Positions 37,709 to 46,860 of a stretch of DNA of 64,000 bases are shown piece by piece. This DNA is from Nitrospiraceae bacterium. Its GTDB lineage: Bacteria; Nitrospirota; Thermodesulfovibrionia; UBA6902. The notes beneath the pieces are model-generated. The model was not told the origin of the DNA. It saw nothing but the letters and a program-made list of their open reading frames with translations, and did not search any database. The stretch's first letter is position 1. Each line of letters begins with the position of its first letter. The DNA lies in contig CP070632.1 in NCBI GenBank assembly GCA_020356065.1, positions 450,858-514,857 on the forward strand. The letters run 5' to 3'. The position numbers were made by a program, and so were the translations under genes.

Positions 37709-38440
37709 TTACTCCGTAATCAAATCCTCAACTCCCAGGTCAGGGGCAATGTTTAATAACAGGTATACTTTATCCGTAAGCAATATGATGCCAAAACCGA
37801 TCAGCAGCAGCCCGCTGATTATCATGATGAGTCTCATATATTTCTGGATCGCAATGAAGTGACTGAGAAATGAATTGATCAGAAGAGCCGTTGTCACAAA
37901 CGGTATCGCCAATCCTGCCGAATATACGACAAGCAGTTTAAAGCCTTCCATTGCCGAACCTGTTGTGCTTGCAATCAACAAAATTGATCCGAGAATAGGC
38001 CCGATACACGGGGTCCATCCTGCGCCGAATGTAAGCCCCACTATAAAAGAGCCGAAATGTCCCCTAGGTTTTGCATCGAGATGGACACGCCTCTCTGCAG
38101 AGAGAACATCCAGTTTAATGACACCCATTACATAGAGACCCATGACAATAATGATTATACCGCCGACAATCCTGATATGGTCGTAGTAGACAGCAAAGAA
38201 TTTCCCTACGTATGATGAAGATACTCCCAGAAGGACAAATACTGTGGAGAATCCGGTAACAAAAGCCAGTGAATTAATGATGGTCAGCTTTCGTATCCGT
38301 GCCTTGTCACCTTTCTTGAAATCCTCAAAGGATATGCCGGTGATGAACGAAACATAGGAAGGAATAAGAGGAAGCACGCATGGGGAGAGAAACGAGAGGA
38401 GCCCTCCCAGAAAAGCTGTTATATATCCGATTTCTGACAT
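37709..38440 (-). CDS. ccdA: Cytochrome c biogenesis / thiol-disulfide transporter CcdA (DsbD-family membrane domain)
   Basis: 243 aa with 6 TM. Motifs FLSPCVLPLIPSYVSFI and GWTPCIGPILGSIL. Confidence 0.85.
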   Translation of the reverse strand: MSEIGYITAFLGGLLSFLSPCVLPLIPSYVSFITGISFEDFKKGDKARIRKLTIINSLAFVTGFSTVFVLLGVSSSYVGKFFAVYYDHIRIVGGIIIIVMGLYVMGVIKLDVLSAERRVHLDAKPRGHFGSFIVGLTFGAGWTPCIGPILGSILLIASTTGSAMEGFKLLVVYSAGLAIPFVTTALLINSFLSHFIAIQKYMRLIMIISGLLLIGFGIILLTDKVYLLLNIAPDLGVEDLITE

Positions 38441-38542
38441 GTATTTATACTGTTAACCTTATGAATTAAATTGCTTAAGTCTATTGAATTTTAATTGAAG
38501 TTGAGAAATTAAGCTATCCCTGTTAATTGCCCTTCAGAATAA

Positions 38543-39031
38543 TCATTTACATCCCGCACAGTCTTCCGTGCTGCCATGGAGTTTTTCTATTGTATGGGAT
38601 AAAACTGGAAGGAGAACAGACAGGTTTTCCTTTACCGCTTGTGGACTGCCCGGCAGATTTATTATAAGTGTTTTTCCCTTCACTCCGGTAACAGCCCTGG
38701 AAATCATTGCAAAGGGCGTTTTCTTCATCCCTTCAGCTCTCATTGCCTCTGCCATTCCCGGAATTTCATAGTCAATGACTTCACGGGTTGCATCCGGTGT
38801 TACATCCCTTGGAGAAACCCCTGTACCGCCTGTTGTCAATAACAGGTCTGCTTTTTTGCACATGGAAATTAATTTTCGCTTAATTTTACTCTTATTATCA
38901 GGGATGACCTCATAACTGACAATTGTGGCATTTATTTTTTTGATTATCTTTTCGATGGCAGGTCCGCTTGTGTCATCCCGCTCTCCCTTTGCACCCTTAT
39001 CGCTTAATGTGAGGATCGCAACCTTTATCAT
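38543..39031 (-). CDS. mog: Molybdopterin adenylyltransferase MogA/MoaB family
   Basis: 162 aa. Motifs VAILTLSDKG, LLLTTGGTGVSPRDVTPDAT, PGSPQAV. Confidence 0.85.
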   Translation of the reverse strand: MIKVAILTLSDKGAKGERDDTSGPAIEKIIKKINATIVSYEVIPDNKSKIKRKLISMCKKADLLLTTGGTGVSPRDVTPDATREVIDYEIPGMAEAMRAEGMKKTPFAMISRAVTGVKGKTLIINLPGSPQAVKENLSVLLPVLSHTIEKLHGSTEDCAGCK

Positions 39032-39035
39032 TTTA

Positions 39036-39120
39036 GCAGTTCGGAGTCAGTAGCTCGTAGTTAGTAGGGGAGAAATCTGTCTCATGTCTGTTACCCAAAC
39101 TACTAACTACTATCTACTGC
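39036..39120. repeat. GTAG-rich long hairpin (family 2, copy 2)
   Basis: CAGTAGCTCGTAGTTAGTAGGGG-loop-CCCAAACTACTAACTACTATCTACTG, giving a stem of about 20 bp with 2 mismatches. Confidence 0.6.
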
Positions 39121-39558
39121 CTACCTTATAACCTTAATCTCATCTCCGACTTTTATCTGACCGCCTTTGATGACCTTGACGAAAATACCTTCCCTCGGCA
39201 TTACACAGTCACCGGCCTGGTGGTAGATGGCGCAGCGGTTGTGACACAGCTTGCCGATCTGAGATACTTCCAGTTCAATATCTGTACCCACGGTCATTTT
39301 CGTGCCAACAGGTAGGGCTGGAAGGTCCACTCCCTCGGTTGTAATATTTTCTGCAAAATCACCCGGGCCGACATCAAGCCCTTTGTCATGCATCTTTTTG
39401 ATACTTTCGGTGGCAAGAAGACTTACCTGTCTGTGCCATTCTCCTGATGCATGAGCATCATTTTCTATGCCGTAATCATCTTTAAGCAGGGCAGATTCGA
39501 CTGCCTTTTTTCTCATGCCTTTTTTGGGACTGATGTTAATTGAAATGATCTTGGCCAT
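39121..39558 (-). CDS. MOSC-domain protein
   Basis: About 145 aa from the ATG at 39558 (MAKIISINIS). Motifs ENITTEG, VSQIGKLCH, GIFVKVIKGGQIKVGD. Typical neighbour of mog. Confidence 0.75.
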   Translation of the reverse strand: MAKIISINISPKKGMRKKAVESALLKDDYGIENDAHASGEWHRQVSLLATESIKKMHDKGLDVGPGDFAENITTEGVDLPALPVGTKMTVGTDIELEVSQIGKLCHNRCAIYHQAGDCVMPREGIFVKVIKGGQIKVGDEIKVIR

Positions 39559-39621
39559 AATTAAACTATCGTTCAACATTGTTCAAAATGGTTCAATATA
39601 TTTAATATTACAATTGTTGAA

Positions 39622-41616
39622 TTATCGTATGACAGCTCCCTGCCTTACATCCTTTTCCGGTGTTAAAATCGAAAGCACTCCCTCACTGTCTGTTGCAGCC
39701 AATAGCATACCCTGTGACTCTACACCCATGAGCTTTGCAGGTTTAAGGTTGGTAACTACAATTATGCTTTTGCCCCTCAGATCATCAGGAGAATATGATG
39801 TTCCAATACCTGCAACTATCTGCCTTATTTCTCCCGTATCCACCTGAAGTCTGATAAGTTTACTGGAGCCTTCAACACGCTGGGCATCAATAACCCTACC
39901 CACTTTAAGCTGGACTTTTGCGAAGTCATGTATTGTTATTAAGTTATCACCTGCTTCTTTTGTTTTATTATCTTTTCCGGCAGGACTACCTTCAGCCTTC
40001 TTTTCTTTTTTATCTCTCTTATTTGTATCGACCCGTGGAAAGAGTGGATCGCCCTTTGAAACCTTGATTGCATAATCCGGTTTCCAGTCCCATTCATACA
40101 CAGACGGAATTTGTTCGGATGTAGTTGGGATGCTCTGTATGGTCTCTTCGACAAGAGAGTGAAGACCAAGCTGCTTCCATATGTTCTCACATGTATCTGG
40201 CATAAATGGATATAGAGAAACAGCTGTGAGTCGAAGAGCATTCCAGACGTTAAACAAGACTCGATTTAATTCACTCTGATTGTCTTTTGCCAGCTTCCAG
40301 GGTTCTTTTTGGGCAATATGATTATTTGCAGCCCTGATTATATTCCATATGTAATCCAGAATTGTATTAAATCTTAGTTTAGACCAATGTTCTGTTTGAA
40401 TATCGTTAAGAGCAGGCAGAGTTTCACACATAATCTCCCTTGCAAATGGATTTAATTCTGTCCTGTCTCCAGAAGGAATTTTTATCTGATGATCCTGATA
40501 TTTCCCGACCATTGTTACAAACCTGCTTAGGAGATTTCCAAGGTCATTCGCAAGCTCCGTATTAAGACGCCTGATCAATGCCCGCTCTGAAAAATCACCA
40601 TCAAGGCCAAACGTAACTTCCCTGAACAGAAAATACCTGAAGGCATCAATTCCGAATTTCTCTGCCATCTCTGCGGGGTCCACTACATTGCCCAGAGACT
40701 TGGACATCTTCTTTCCGTCCACGGTCCACCATCCATGAGCAAAGATATTCCCGGGCAAGGGGAATTTAAGTGCCATCAGCATGGTGATCCAGTACACCGA
40801 GTGGGTTGTGAGAATGTCCTTGCCTATTAAATGATGGTCTGCAGGCCACCAGAAATCTCCCTCTTTTGCCTGTTCAGGATGAGGCACAAGATATCGTGTG
40901 GCCGAGAAGTAGTTCAGGAGCGCGTCAAACCACACATACGTTACAAACTCCTCATCAAATGGAAGTTGAATGCCCCAGGACAGCCTGGATTTGGGACGGG
41001 TAATACATAAATCACCAAGCTCATTGTTCTTCAGAAATCCCAAAACTTCGTTTCTCCTCGTATGGGGGAGAATAAAATCAGGATTATCTTCTATATGCCT
41101 GATAAGCCTCAACTGATATTTGGACATAAGAAAAAAATAATTTTCTTCCTCGATCTCATCAACCGGCCTGCCGCAATCAGGGCAGTTTCCCTCAATGATC
41201 TCCTTCTCTGTCCAGAACCTTTCATCGGGGGTGCAATACCATCCTGAGTACTGCCTCTTCTCTATTTCACCATTGTCCCAGAGAAGCTGAATTATCCCCT
41301 GCACGGTTTTTACATGTTCCGTATCCGTGGTCCTGATAAAAGCATCATTGGAAATATTTAACTTCTGCCATAAGGACTTGAAGTTATCAACCAGCATATC
41401 AGCATGCTCCTGAGGAGTGCGGCCTTTTTCCTTAGCTGCTTTTTCAACTTTCTGGCCGTGCTCATCAGTCCCGGTCAGGAAGAATACTGTCTTGCCCTGC
41501 AGCCTGTTGTATCTTGCAAGAATATCAGCAGCAATGGTTGTGTAGGCATGCCCTATGTGAGGGACGTCATTCACGTAATAAATGGGAGTGGTTATATAAA
41601 ACCTGTCTTCAGCCAT
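39622..41616 (-). CDS. metG: Methionyl-tRNA synthetase with a C-terminal tRNA-binding (Trbp111/EMAP-like) domain
   Basis: The true start is the ATG at 41616 (MAEDRFYITTPIYYVNDVPHIGHAY, containing the HIGH motif). Also KMSKS and a zinc knuckle CPDCGRP. The start overlaps the ricT stop by 8 nt (ATGGCTGA). The track's 83-aa Arg/Lys-rich N-terminal extension is an alternative-frame read of ricT. Confidence 0.95.
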   Translation of the reverse strand: MAEDRFYITTPIYYVNDVPHIGHAYTTIAADILARYNRLQGKTVFFLTGTDEHGQKVEKAAKEKGRTPQEHADMLVDNFKSLWQKLNISNDAFIRTTDTEHVKTVQGIIQLLWDNGEIEKRQYSGWYCTPDERFWTEKEIIEGNCPDCGRPVDEIEEENYFFLMSKYQLRLIRHIEDNPDFILPHTRRNEVLGFLKNNELGDLCITRPKSRLSWGIQLPFDEEFVTYVWFDALLNYFSATRYLVPHPEQAKEGDFWWPADHHLIGKDILTTHSVYWITMLMALKFPLPGNIFAHGWWTVDGKKMSKSLGNVVDPAEMAEKFGIDAFRYFLFREVTFGLDGDFSERALIRRLNTELANDLGNLLSRFVTMVGKYQDHQIKIPSGDRTELNPFAREIMCETLPALNDIQTEHWSKLRFNTILDYIWNIIRAANNHIAQKEPWKLAKDNQSELNRVLFNVWNALRLTAVSLYPFMPDTCENIWKQLGLHSLVEETIQSIPTTSEQIPSVYEWDWKPDYAIKVSKGDPLFPRVDTNKRDKKEKKAEGSPAGKDNKTKEAGDNLITIHDFAKVQLKVGRVIDAQRVEGSSKLIRLQVDTGEIRQIVAGIGTSYSPDDLRGKSIIVVTNLKPAKLMGVESQGMLLAATDSEGVLSILTPEKDVRQGAVIR

Positions 41617-42754
41617 CTGACTGTTTCTTCTTTCTCCTGAATCTTTTCCGCTTATTAAGCGGTCTGGCCCTGCCTTTGATATCAGCACTTCCCGTTTCTT
41701 TATCCGTCGACGGTTTTTCTGCTTTTTTCTCTGTAACATGCTTTTTTGAACGTCGCTTATGCCGCTTGAAATATCTCTTCTTCTTTGAAGGGGCTTCCGA
41801 CTCGGTCTCCTTCGCCATGTCTTTTTTATCTTCTGTAATATCCCGATCCGAAACTGGTATGTCAATTACAATTGGCTCTCCAATAATATCAGGCTCAACC
41901 TCAATTTTGTCTTCACCCTCATCACAGAGACCATTTGTCAGAGCAGCAATTTTCTCTGACCGTTTTGCCCTGGCAGGTTCAGCGCCCTCCCCGTTCTTAT
42001 ACTCATAACCAAGACAGCACATTAATCTTCCGCATATGCCGGACAGCTTGCTCTGATTTATGGACAGGTCCTGCTGCTTTGCCATCCTGATGGTAATGGG
42101 CTCAAAAGATGTCAAAAAAAGACTGCAGCATGCCTGCCTGCCGCAACATCCCAAACCGCCAAGGAGCTTTACTTCATCTCTCACCCCTATCTGTCTCATT
42201 TCTATCCGGGTCTTGAACTTGCCCGCAAGATCTCTTACCAGTTCCCTGAAATCTATCCTGCCGTCAGCAGTGAAATAAAAAACGATCCTTTTTCTGTCCA
42301 GCGTAGTCTCTGTCGTTACGATCTTCATCGAGAGGTTAAGGTCTTTGACTTTTTCAACACAAAAGGCCCTGGCTTCATCTTCAAAAGAACGATTATTCCT
42401 CGTAGTTTCAAAGTCCTGCTCATCTGCAACTCTCAGAACTTTTTTCAACGGCTCACCCTTTCTTTCCATGACATGCTTTGAGGTAACAACATTTCCCAGG
42501 CTGAGTCCCATTTTTGAATCAACCACAACTTTTGTTCCCGGAGATACCTCCAGATCACCTATTTCAAAGGTGTATACCTTTCCACAGGACCTGAATCTCA
42601 CGCCTACAACTGAAACAGACTGCGGAGCTATCTTCTCGACCTCTGCCGTTTGATCATCAGTACCGGACTGCATTATGTCAGAGTTTTCAGTATTCTCCGA
42701 CCCATCAGGATCCAGCACCTCTTCTTTGTCAATGATATTGTTGTTTTCCGTCAT
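41609..42754 (-). CDS. ricT: PSP1-domain protein RicT/YaaT homologue with a long charged C-terminal tail
   Basis: Motifs VVGVRFRSCGKVYTFE and FYFTADGRIDFRELVRDLA...GGLGCCGRQACC...GICGRLMCCLGYEY. This is followed by about 125 aa rich in K/R/E. I prefer the ATG at 42754 (AGGTGA RBS) to the TTG at 42799. Confidence 0.85.
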   Translation of the reverse strand: MTENNNIIDKEEVLDPDGSENTENSDIMQSGTDDQTAEVEKIAPQSVSVVGVRFRSCGKVYTFEIGDLEVSPGTKVVVDSKMGLSLGNVVTSKHVMERKGEPLKKVLRVADEQDFETTRNNRSFEDEARAFCVEKVKDLNLSMKIVTTETTLDRKRIVFYFTADGRIDFRELVRDLAGKFKTRIEMRQIGVRDEVKLLGGLGCCGRQACCSLFLTSFEPITIRMAKQQDLSINQSKLSGICGRLMCCLGYEYKNGEGAEPARAKRSEKIAALTNGLCDEGEDKIEVEPDIIGEPIVIDIPVSDRDITEDKKDMAKETESEAPSKKKRYFKRHKRRSKKHVTEKKAEKPSTDKETGSADIKGRARPLNKRKRFRRKKKQSDG

Positions 42755-42812
42755 CTTATCACCTGTTTCGACCTGCAAATGCACAAGGCAGGAAATCAAC
42801 AGTCTTTCATCA

Positions 42813-43850
42813 TTAATTAACGGCCTTGCTGCTGCGAAGCATCTTTTTAAATAAAAGGCCTGTATAATTAAGAGTCAGCTGTTTATTCAGATTAAAATTC
42901 AGTTTATTTTTAATATTATAAATCTCTCGACTGAGTTTCAGAATACCCCTGAGATCTGTCCCGGATGTTATGGAGCTGATTTCATTTTCCATATCGCTGT
43001 TTATGAGAAAATCTGTCCGGCCAGTGGCCTTGAAAACAGCCAGGTCCCTCAGCCATAACTGACACCATTCAAACCACTCTACCATATCATCCCTGCTTTC
43101 CCACAGGTCATCTTCATGTCTGTCAAGCAATGTCACCAGTACGTTAAAAGAATGGTCCCGCCGGGAAATAAGCTCCTCTTTGAGTGCATATCCGGGCCTG
43201 CCTCCTGACAGCCTGCTCAGAAGATATGATCGATCATTGTCACACTCTCCTGATTTGTCTTTTATCAGAGCGCTCATTCTTTCAACAGGAAGCGGTGAGA
43301 AATTTATTCTCTGACACCGTGACCGGATCGTGGGAAGCAGCATGTCAGGTCTTGATGATATCAGTATTAATATACTTTCAGGTGAAGGCTCTTCCAGTGT
43401 CTGTAAAAAGGCATTAGCAGCGGACTGGTTCAGCCTGTCCGCATTATCAATAATGGCTATCTTCCATTTTCCCTCAAAGGGTTTGTATGAGAATGCCCCC
43501 TCCAGTTCCCTGATAACAGAGACAGTAATCTGCCCCCCGTCACCTTCGGGAGCTATTGTTATCACGTCGGGATGATTTCCTTTGTCTATTTTCCTGCAGG
43601 AAGCACAGACCCCGCAGTTATCGATCTCATCACGTCCGGATGATTCAGGAGTATCGTCACTCACAGCAAACAGATCATTGTCTTTTTCCTGTAGACAGTT
43701 AAGCGTTTTTGCAAAATTAATGGCTGTGAGCCGTTTACCGATACCCTCATCACCGGTAAAAAAAAGTGCATGGGGAATGCGGTCCCTGGCAATGCATCCT
43801 CTCAGGATTTGCAGTGCCCTTTGCTGTCCGATAATATCCTTTAATGCCAT
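42813..43850 (-). CDS. holB: DNA polymerase III delta-prime subunit
   Basis: 345 aa. Motifs HALFFTGDEGIGKRL, a zinc module CGVCASCRKI, IAIIDNADRLN and SRCQRINF. Confidence 0.85.
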   Translation of the reverse strand: MALKDIIGQQRALQILRGCIARDRIPHALFFTGDEGIGKRLTAINFAKTLNCLQEKDNDLFAVSDDTPESSGRDEIDNCGVCASCRKIDKGNHPDVITIAPEGDGGQITVSVIRELEGAFSYKPFEGKWKIAIIDNADRLNQSAANAFLQTLEEPSPESILILISSRPDMLLPTIRSRCQRINFSPLPVERMSALIKDKSGECDNDRSYLLSRLSGGRPGYALKEELISRRDHSFNVLVTLLDRHEDDLWESRDDMVEWFEWCQLWLRDLAVFKATGRTDFLINSDMENEISSITSGTDLRGILKLSREIYNIKNKLNFNLNKQLTLNYTGLLFKKMLRSSKAVN

Positions 43851-44464
43851 TGTTCCTCTATGACTTTTATAATTTCTTCACTGACCCTATCAGGACTGAC
43901 GGATGCATCGATGACCTTAACCCTGTCAGGTTCTTCCGAGGCTATCTTGAGAAACCCGTTTCTCACCCGGTTATGAAATTCAACTGTCTCCAGTTCAAAC
44001 CTGTCTTCCTTACTGGCCTTCCTGTTTCTCTTCAGTCCCTCCTCAACATCAAGATCAAGCAGAAAAGTCAGAAAAGGCTTCAGGTCAGGGTTTACTATCT
44101 CATTTAACCTGCTTAGCAGTTTCAGGTCTATTCCTCTTGCATATCCCTGATAGGCAACGGTTGAGTCCGTAAAGCGGTCTGTGATGACAATCGTATCATT
44201 CAGTATGGCAGGATAGATCACTTCCCTGACATGCTGTGCCCTTGATGCATAGTAAAGCAATAACTCTGTCAGGGGCTCCATATGGTTCTGGGGTGCAAGA
44301 AGAAGCTCCCTTATTTTCTGACCTATCCCGGTCCCTCCCGGTTCAACAGTATCAATGACCTTTTGCCCCCCGGACCGGAAATATCCGGCAAGACGCTTTG
44401 CCTGAGTGCTTTTACCGGAACCCTCTATTCCTTCAAACGATATAAATCCTTTAACCCGCGACAT
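43841..44464 (-). CDS. tmk: Thymidylate kinase
   Basis: 207 aa. Motifs ISFEGIEGSGKSTQ, DRFTDST and YQGYARG. Confidence 0.95.
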   Translation of the reverse strand: MSRVKGFISFEGIEGSGKSTQAKRLAGYFRSGGQKVIDTVEPGGTGIGQKIRELLLAPQNHMEPLTELLLYYASRAQHVREVIYPAILNDTIVITDRFTDSTVAYQGYARGIDLKLLSRLNEIVNPDLKPFLTFLLDLDVEEGLKRNRKASKEDRFELETVEFHNRVRNGFLKIASEEPDRVKVIDASVSPDRVSEEIIKVIEEQWH

Positions 44465-45464
44465 AACTGTTGCGCAGTTCCTTCAGAAGCGAAAATGCCT
44501 TCAGTGCATCTTCAGTATTGAGCGAGCCGGTTCCGCATGAAGGGGTGATGAGTATCTGATTTCTGAGTCTGTCTGAAGGGACGCCTGCCTCTTCGAGCGA
44601 GACAAGTCCCCTTTCAAACTGCTCTTTCAGGCCGGAAAAGGTAACGTCCCTGATGGCATCTGTCGTTGGAACAATTCCGCTTGCAATTACACCCCCTCTT
44701 TCAATAAAACGGGTAATATCATCCGGATACAGACCGAGAGTGTCCCAGAAATAATACGAATCATAATTAAATACATCTATGCCCGACGAAAGCACAAGAG
44801 GCCAGTCAGCCTTGCCACAGCAATGTATCCCGGCGATACCGCCGCATTCCTGAATAAACGCGACGATTTCTCCAAGCATCCTGGATGCCTCTTCATTACT
44901 GACCCCCACATACGTGGATGTACCAAGCGCTGAAAGTATGGGTTCATCAATAAAGATAAGGACCTTTTCAGCATACGTCTGCAGCTCGTCGATCTGCCAG
45001 CTCACTTTGCCTTTCAGGAGTTCAAGGGACAGCTCTTTCTTTTCATCATCAAAAAAAATGGGCCGTTTCTGACTGTCGGTCAGGGAAAGGGAAAAAGTCA
45101 GCGGACCTGTGATGTGACCTTTTATGACACTGTATTTTTTGTTCTTCTCTTTAAGCAAATCAATAAATGTATAAAAACCTGCTGCAAACTCTTTTGAGAT
45201 GGGGAAACCAGATTTATTGGCTATGGCCTCATAAAATGCTGTTTCCGCAGCTTTCTCAGCTGAATTGATGTATATGTCTTCACCTTCTATCTTTATAAAA
45301 GGGAATCCTTCAGAATACTGCGGAACCATCAGCTCATGAAAGCTTCTGTGCGGAAGCTGGGGCCAGAACGGAATATCTACTGAATCAAATATGATCCTGC
45401 AGGCCTCAAGCGGGTCAGTATGGGGCAGACTGCCTATTCCTGTGCTGTTAAAACTCTTAAACAT
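44451..45464 (-). CDS. MetE C-terminal-domain-like / UROD-superfamily protein (function unknown)
   Basis: 337 aa. Motifs GIGSLPH, IFIDEP, GIHCCG and ITPSCGTG resemble the zinc-binding His/Cys motifs of cobalamin-independent methionine-synthase-family proteins. Overlaps the tmk start by 14 nt. Confidence 0.55.
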   Translation of the reverse strand: MFKSFNSTGIGSLPHTDPLEACRIIFDSVDIPFWPQLPHRSFHELMVPQYSEGFPFIKIEGEDIYINSAEKAAETAFYEAIANKSGFPISKEFAAGFYTFIDLLKEKNKKYSVIKGHITGPLTFSLSLTDSQKRPIFFDDEKKELSLELLKGKVSWQIDELQTYAEKVLIFIDEPILSALGTSTYVGVSNEEASRMLGEIVAFIQECGGIAGIHCCGKADWPLVLSSGIDVFNYDSYYFWDTLGLYPDDITRFIERGGVIASGIVPTTDAIRDVTFSGLKEQFERGLVSLEEAGVPSDRLRNQILITPSCGTGSLNTEDALKAFSLLKELRNSYVAG

Positions 45465-45750
45465 GACTCTTAATCATACTCCATGATGACCGTAACTTTC
45501 AAATATTGTAACTACTTAGGCAGGCTCAACGTCACACGGCAACAAAGGGACAAAGTGAAAAAGGAGAAATATTGCATATGTATTGTTTTAAAAATTGTGC
45601 CTCTGTGCCGTTGCCACTTTGCGCCTGAGTGGTTGGCAAATAATTGCAGAAAAATAAAGCTCCTAGACGGTCATGAGAAGCATATCTCATTGACATGAAA
45701 CAATGCATATTTTAAACTTCATGCAGCACAATCATACATACCGGAGTAAA

Positions 45751-46461
45751 ATGAATACATCATCAAAAGACCCTGTTAAAATCCAGACAATGTTTTCAAC
45801 TATTGCCCACCGGTATGATCTTCTTAACAGGGTATTGAGCCTCGGGATTGACCGTCATTGGCGGAAGTTCGCAGTGGATAAGCTTGTAAAGACAGAAAAC
45901 GCTCATTATCTTGATGTCGCAACAGGAACGTGCGATGTGGCCCTTGATATAGTCACCAATTTAAAGGGATCAAAAGTGACAGGGGTAGACTTCAGTAAGG
46001 GAATGCTTGAACGTGGAAAAGAAAAGATCGAGAAAGCCGGGCAGCAAAAAAAGATTGATGTCCGATTCGGTGATGCTACAGACCTTCCCTTTGACGACAG
46101 GACATTTGACGGATCAATCATCGCTTTTGGTATCAGAAATGTTCAGGACTATAAAAAAGGTATCAGTGAGATGGCCAGGGTTGTAAAAAAAGGGCACAGA
46201 ATAGTAATTCTGGAGTTCACAACCGTACAGAATACATTTTTCAAACCGCTTTACTCTTTCTACATTACAAAGGTGCTGCCTTTTATAGGCGAGCTCATAT
46301 CGGGGAAAAGAGGGGCCTACAAATATCTTCCTGATTCCATGTTACATTTTCCTGTACCGGGTGCGCTAAAGAAAACCATGGAGGAAGCGGGGTTACAGGA
46401 TGTGAGATACTACAAACTGAGTTTTGGGATTGTGGCAGTGCACGTCGGTACGGTACAGTGA
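45751..46461 (+). CDS. ubiE: Demethylmenaquinone/ubiquinone C-methyltransferase UbiE/MenG
   Basis: Motifs MFSTIAHRYDLLNRVLSLGIDRHWRK, LDVATGTCD and FGIRNV. The ATG at 45751 has a GGAG RBS and is preferred to the track start at 45703. Confidence 0.9.
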   Translation: MNTSSKDPVKIQTMFSTIAHRYDLLNRVLSLGIDRHWRKFAVDKLVKTENAHYLDVATGTCDVALDIVTNLKGSKVTGVDFSKGMLERGKEKIEKAGQQKKIDVRFGDATDLPFDDRTFDGSIIAFGIRNVQDYKKGISEMARVVKKGHRIVILEFTTVQNTFFKPLYSFYITKVLPFIGELISGKRGAYKYLPDSMLHFPVPGALKKTMEEAGLQDVRYYKLSFGIVAVHVGTVQ

Positions 46462-46814
46462 GCCGTTTTGTAGTCCAGGAACATCATGCCAGCCATCTCC
46501 ACTGGGATTTCAGACTTGAAATGGATGGCGTGCTAAAGAGCTGGGCCATACCCAAAGGCCCGCCTGAAAAGAAAATGATCAAACGCCTCGCCATTCAGGT
46601 AGACGATCATGATCTTGAATACATAAACTTTGAAGGCGAGATAGAAGAAGGTGAATACGGGGCAGGCAATGTCTTCATCTGGGACAGCGGAACATATATC
46701 ATGGAATCAGAAAGCAAGAAGAGCAAAGTCATTGAGTTACATGGAAACCGCCTTAAAGGCAGATACAGCCTGGTGCATCTGAAAGAAAAACAGTGGTTAT
46801 TAATAAAATTGTGA
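46458..46814 (+). CDS. Standalone DNA ligase D 3'-phosphoesterase (LigD-PE) domain protein
   Basis: 118 aa. RFVVQEHHASHLHWDFRLEMDGVLKSWAIPKGPP...VDDHDLEYINFEGEI..GEYGAGNVFIWDSGTY...LHGNRLKGRYSLV matches the LigD phosphoesterase-domain signature. The GTG start overlaps the ubiE TGA stop (GTGA). Confidence 0.8.
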   Translation: MSRFVVQEHHASHLHWDFRLEMDGVLKSWAIPKGPPEKKMIKRLAIQVDDHDLEYINFEGEIEEGEYGAGNVFIWDSGTYIMESESKKSKVIELHGNRLKGRYSLVHLKEKQWLLIKL

Positions 46815-46860
46815 TTTAGCTTGAACACTCGACCCCTTGAAACCTTGAATCCCTGCTAAT

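Noticed and set aside
41617-41865. 83-codon N-terminal extension of the metG ORF, as given by the track (start at 41865)
   Set aside because: The extension is an Arg/Lys-rich alternative-frame read of the ricT tail. MetG homology begins at MAEDRFYITTPIYY (ATG at 41616), which overlaps the ricT stop in the classic ATGnnTGA manner.
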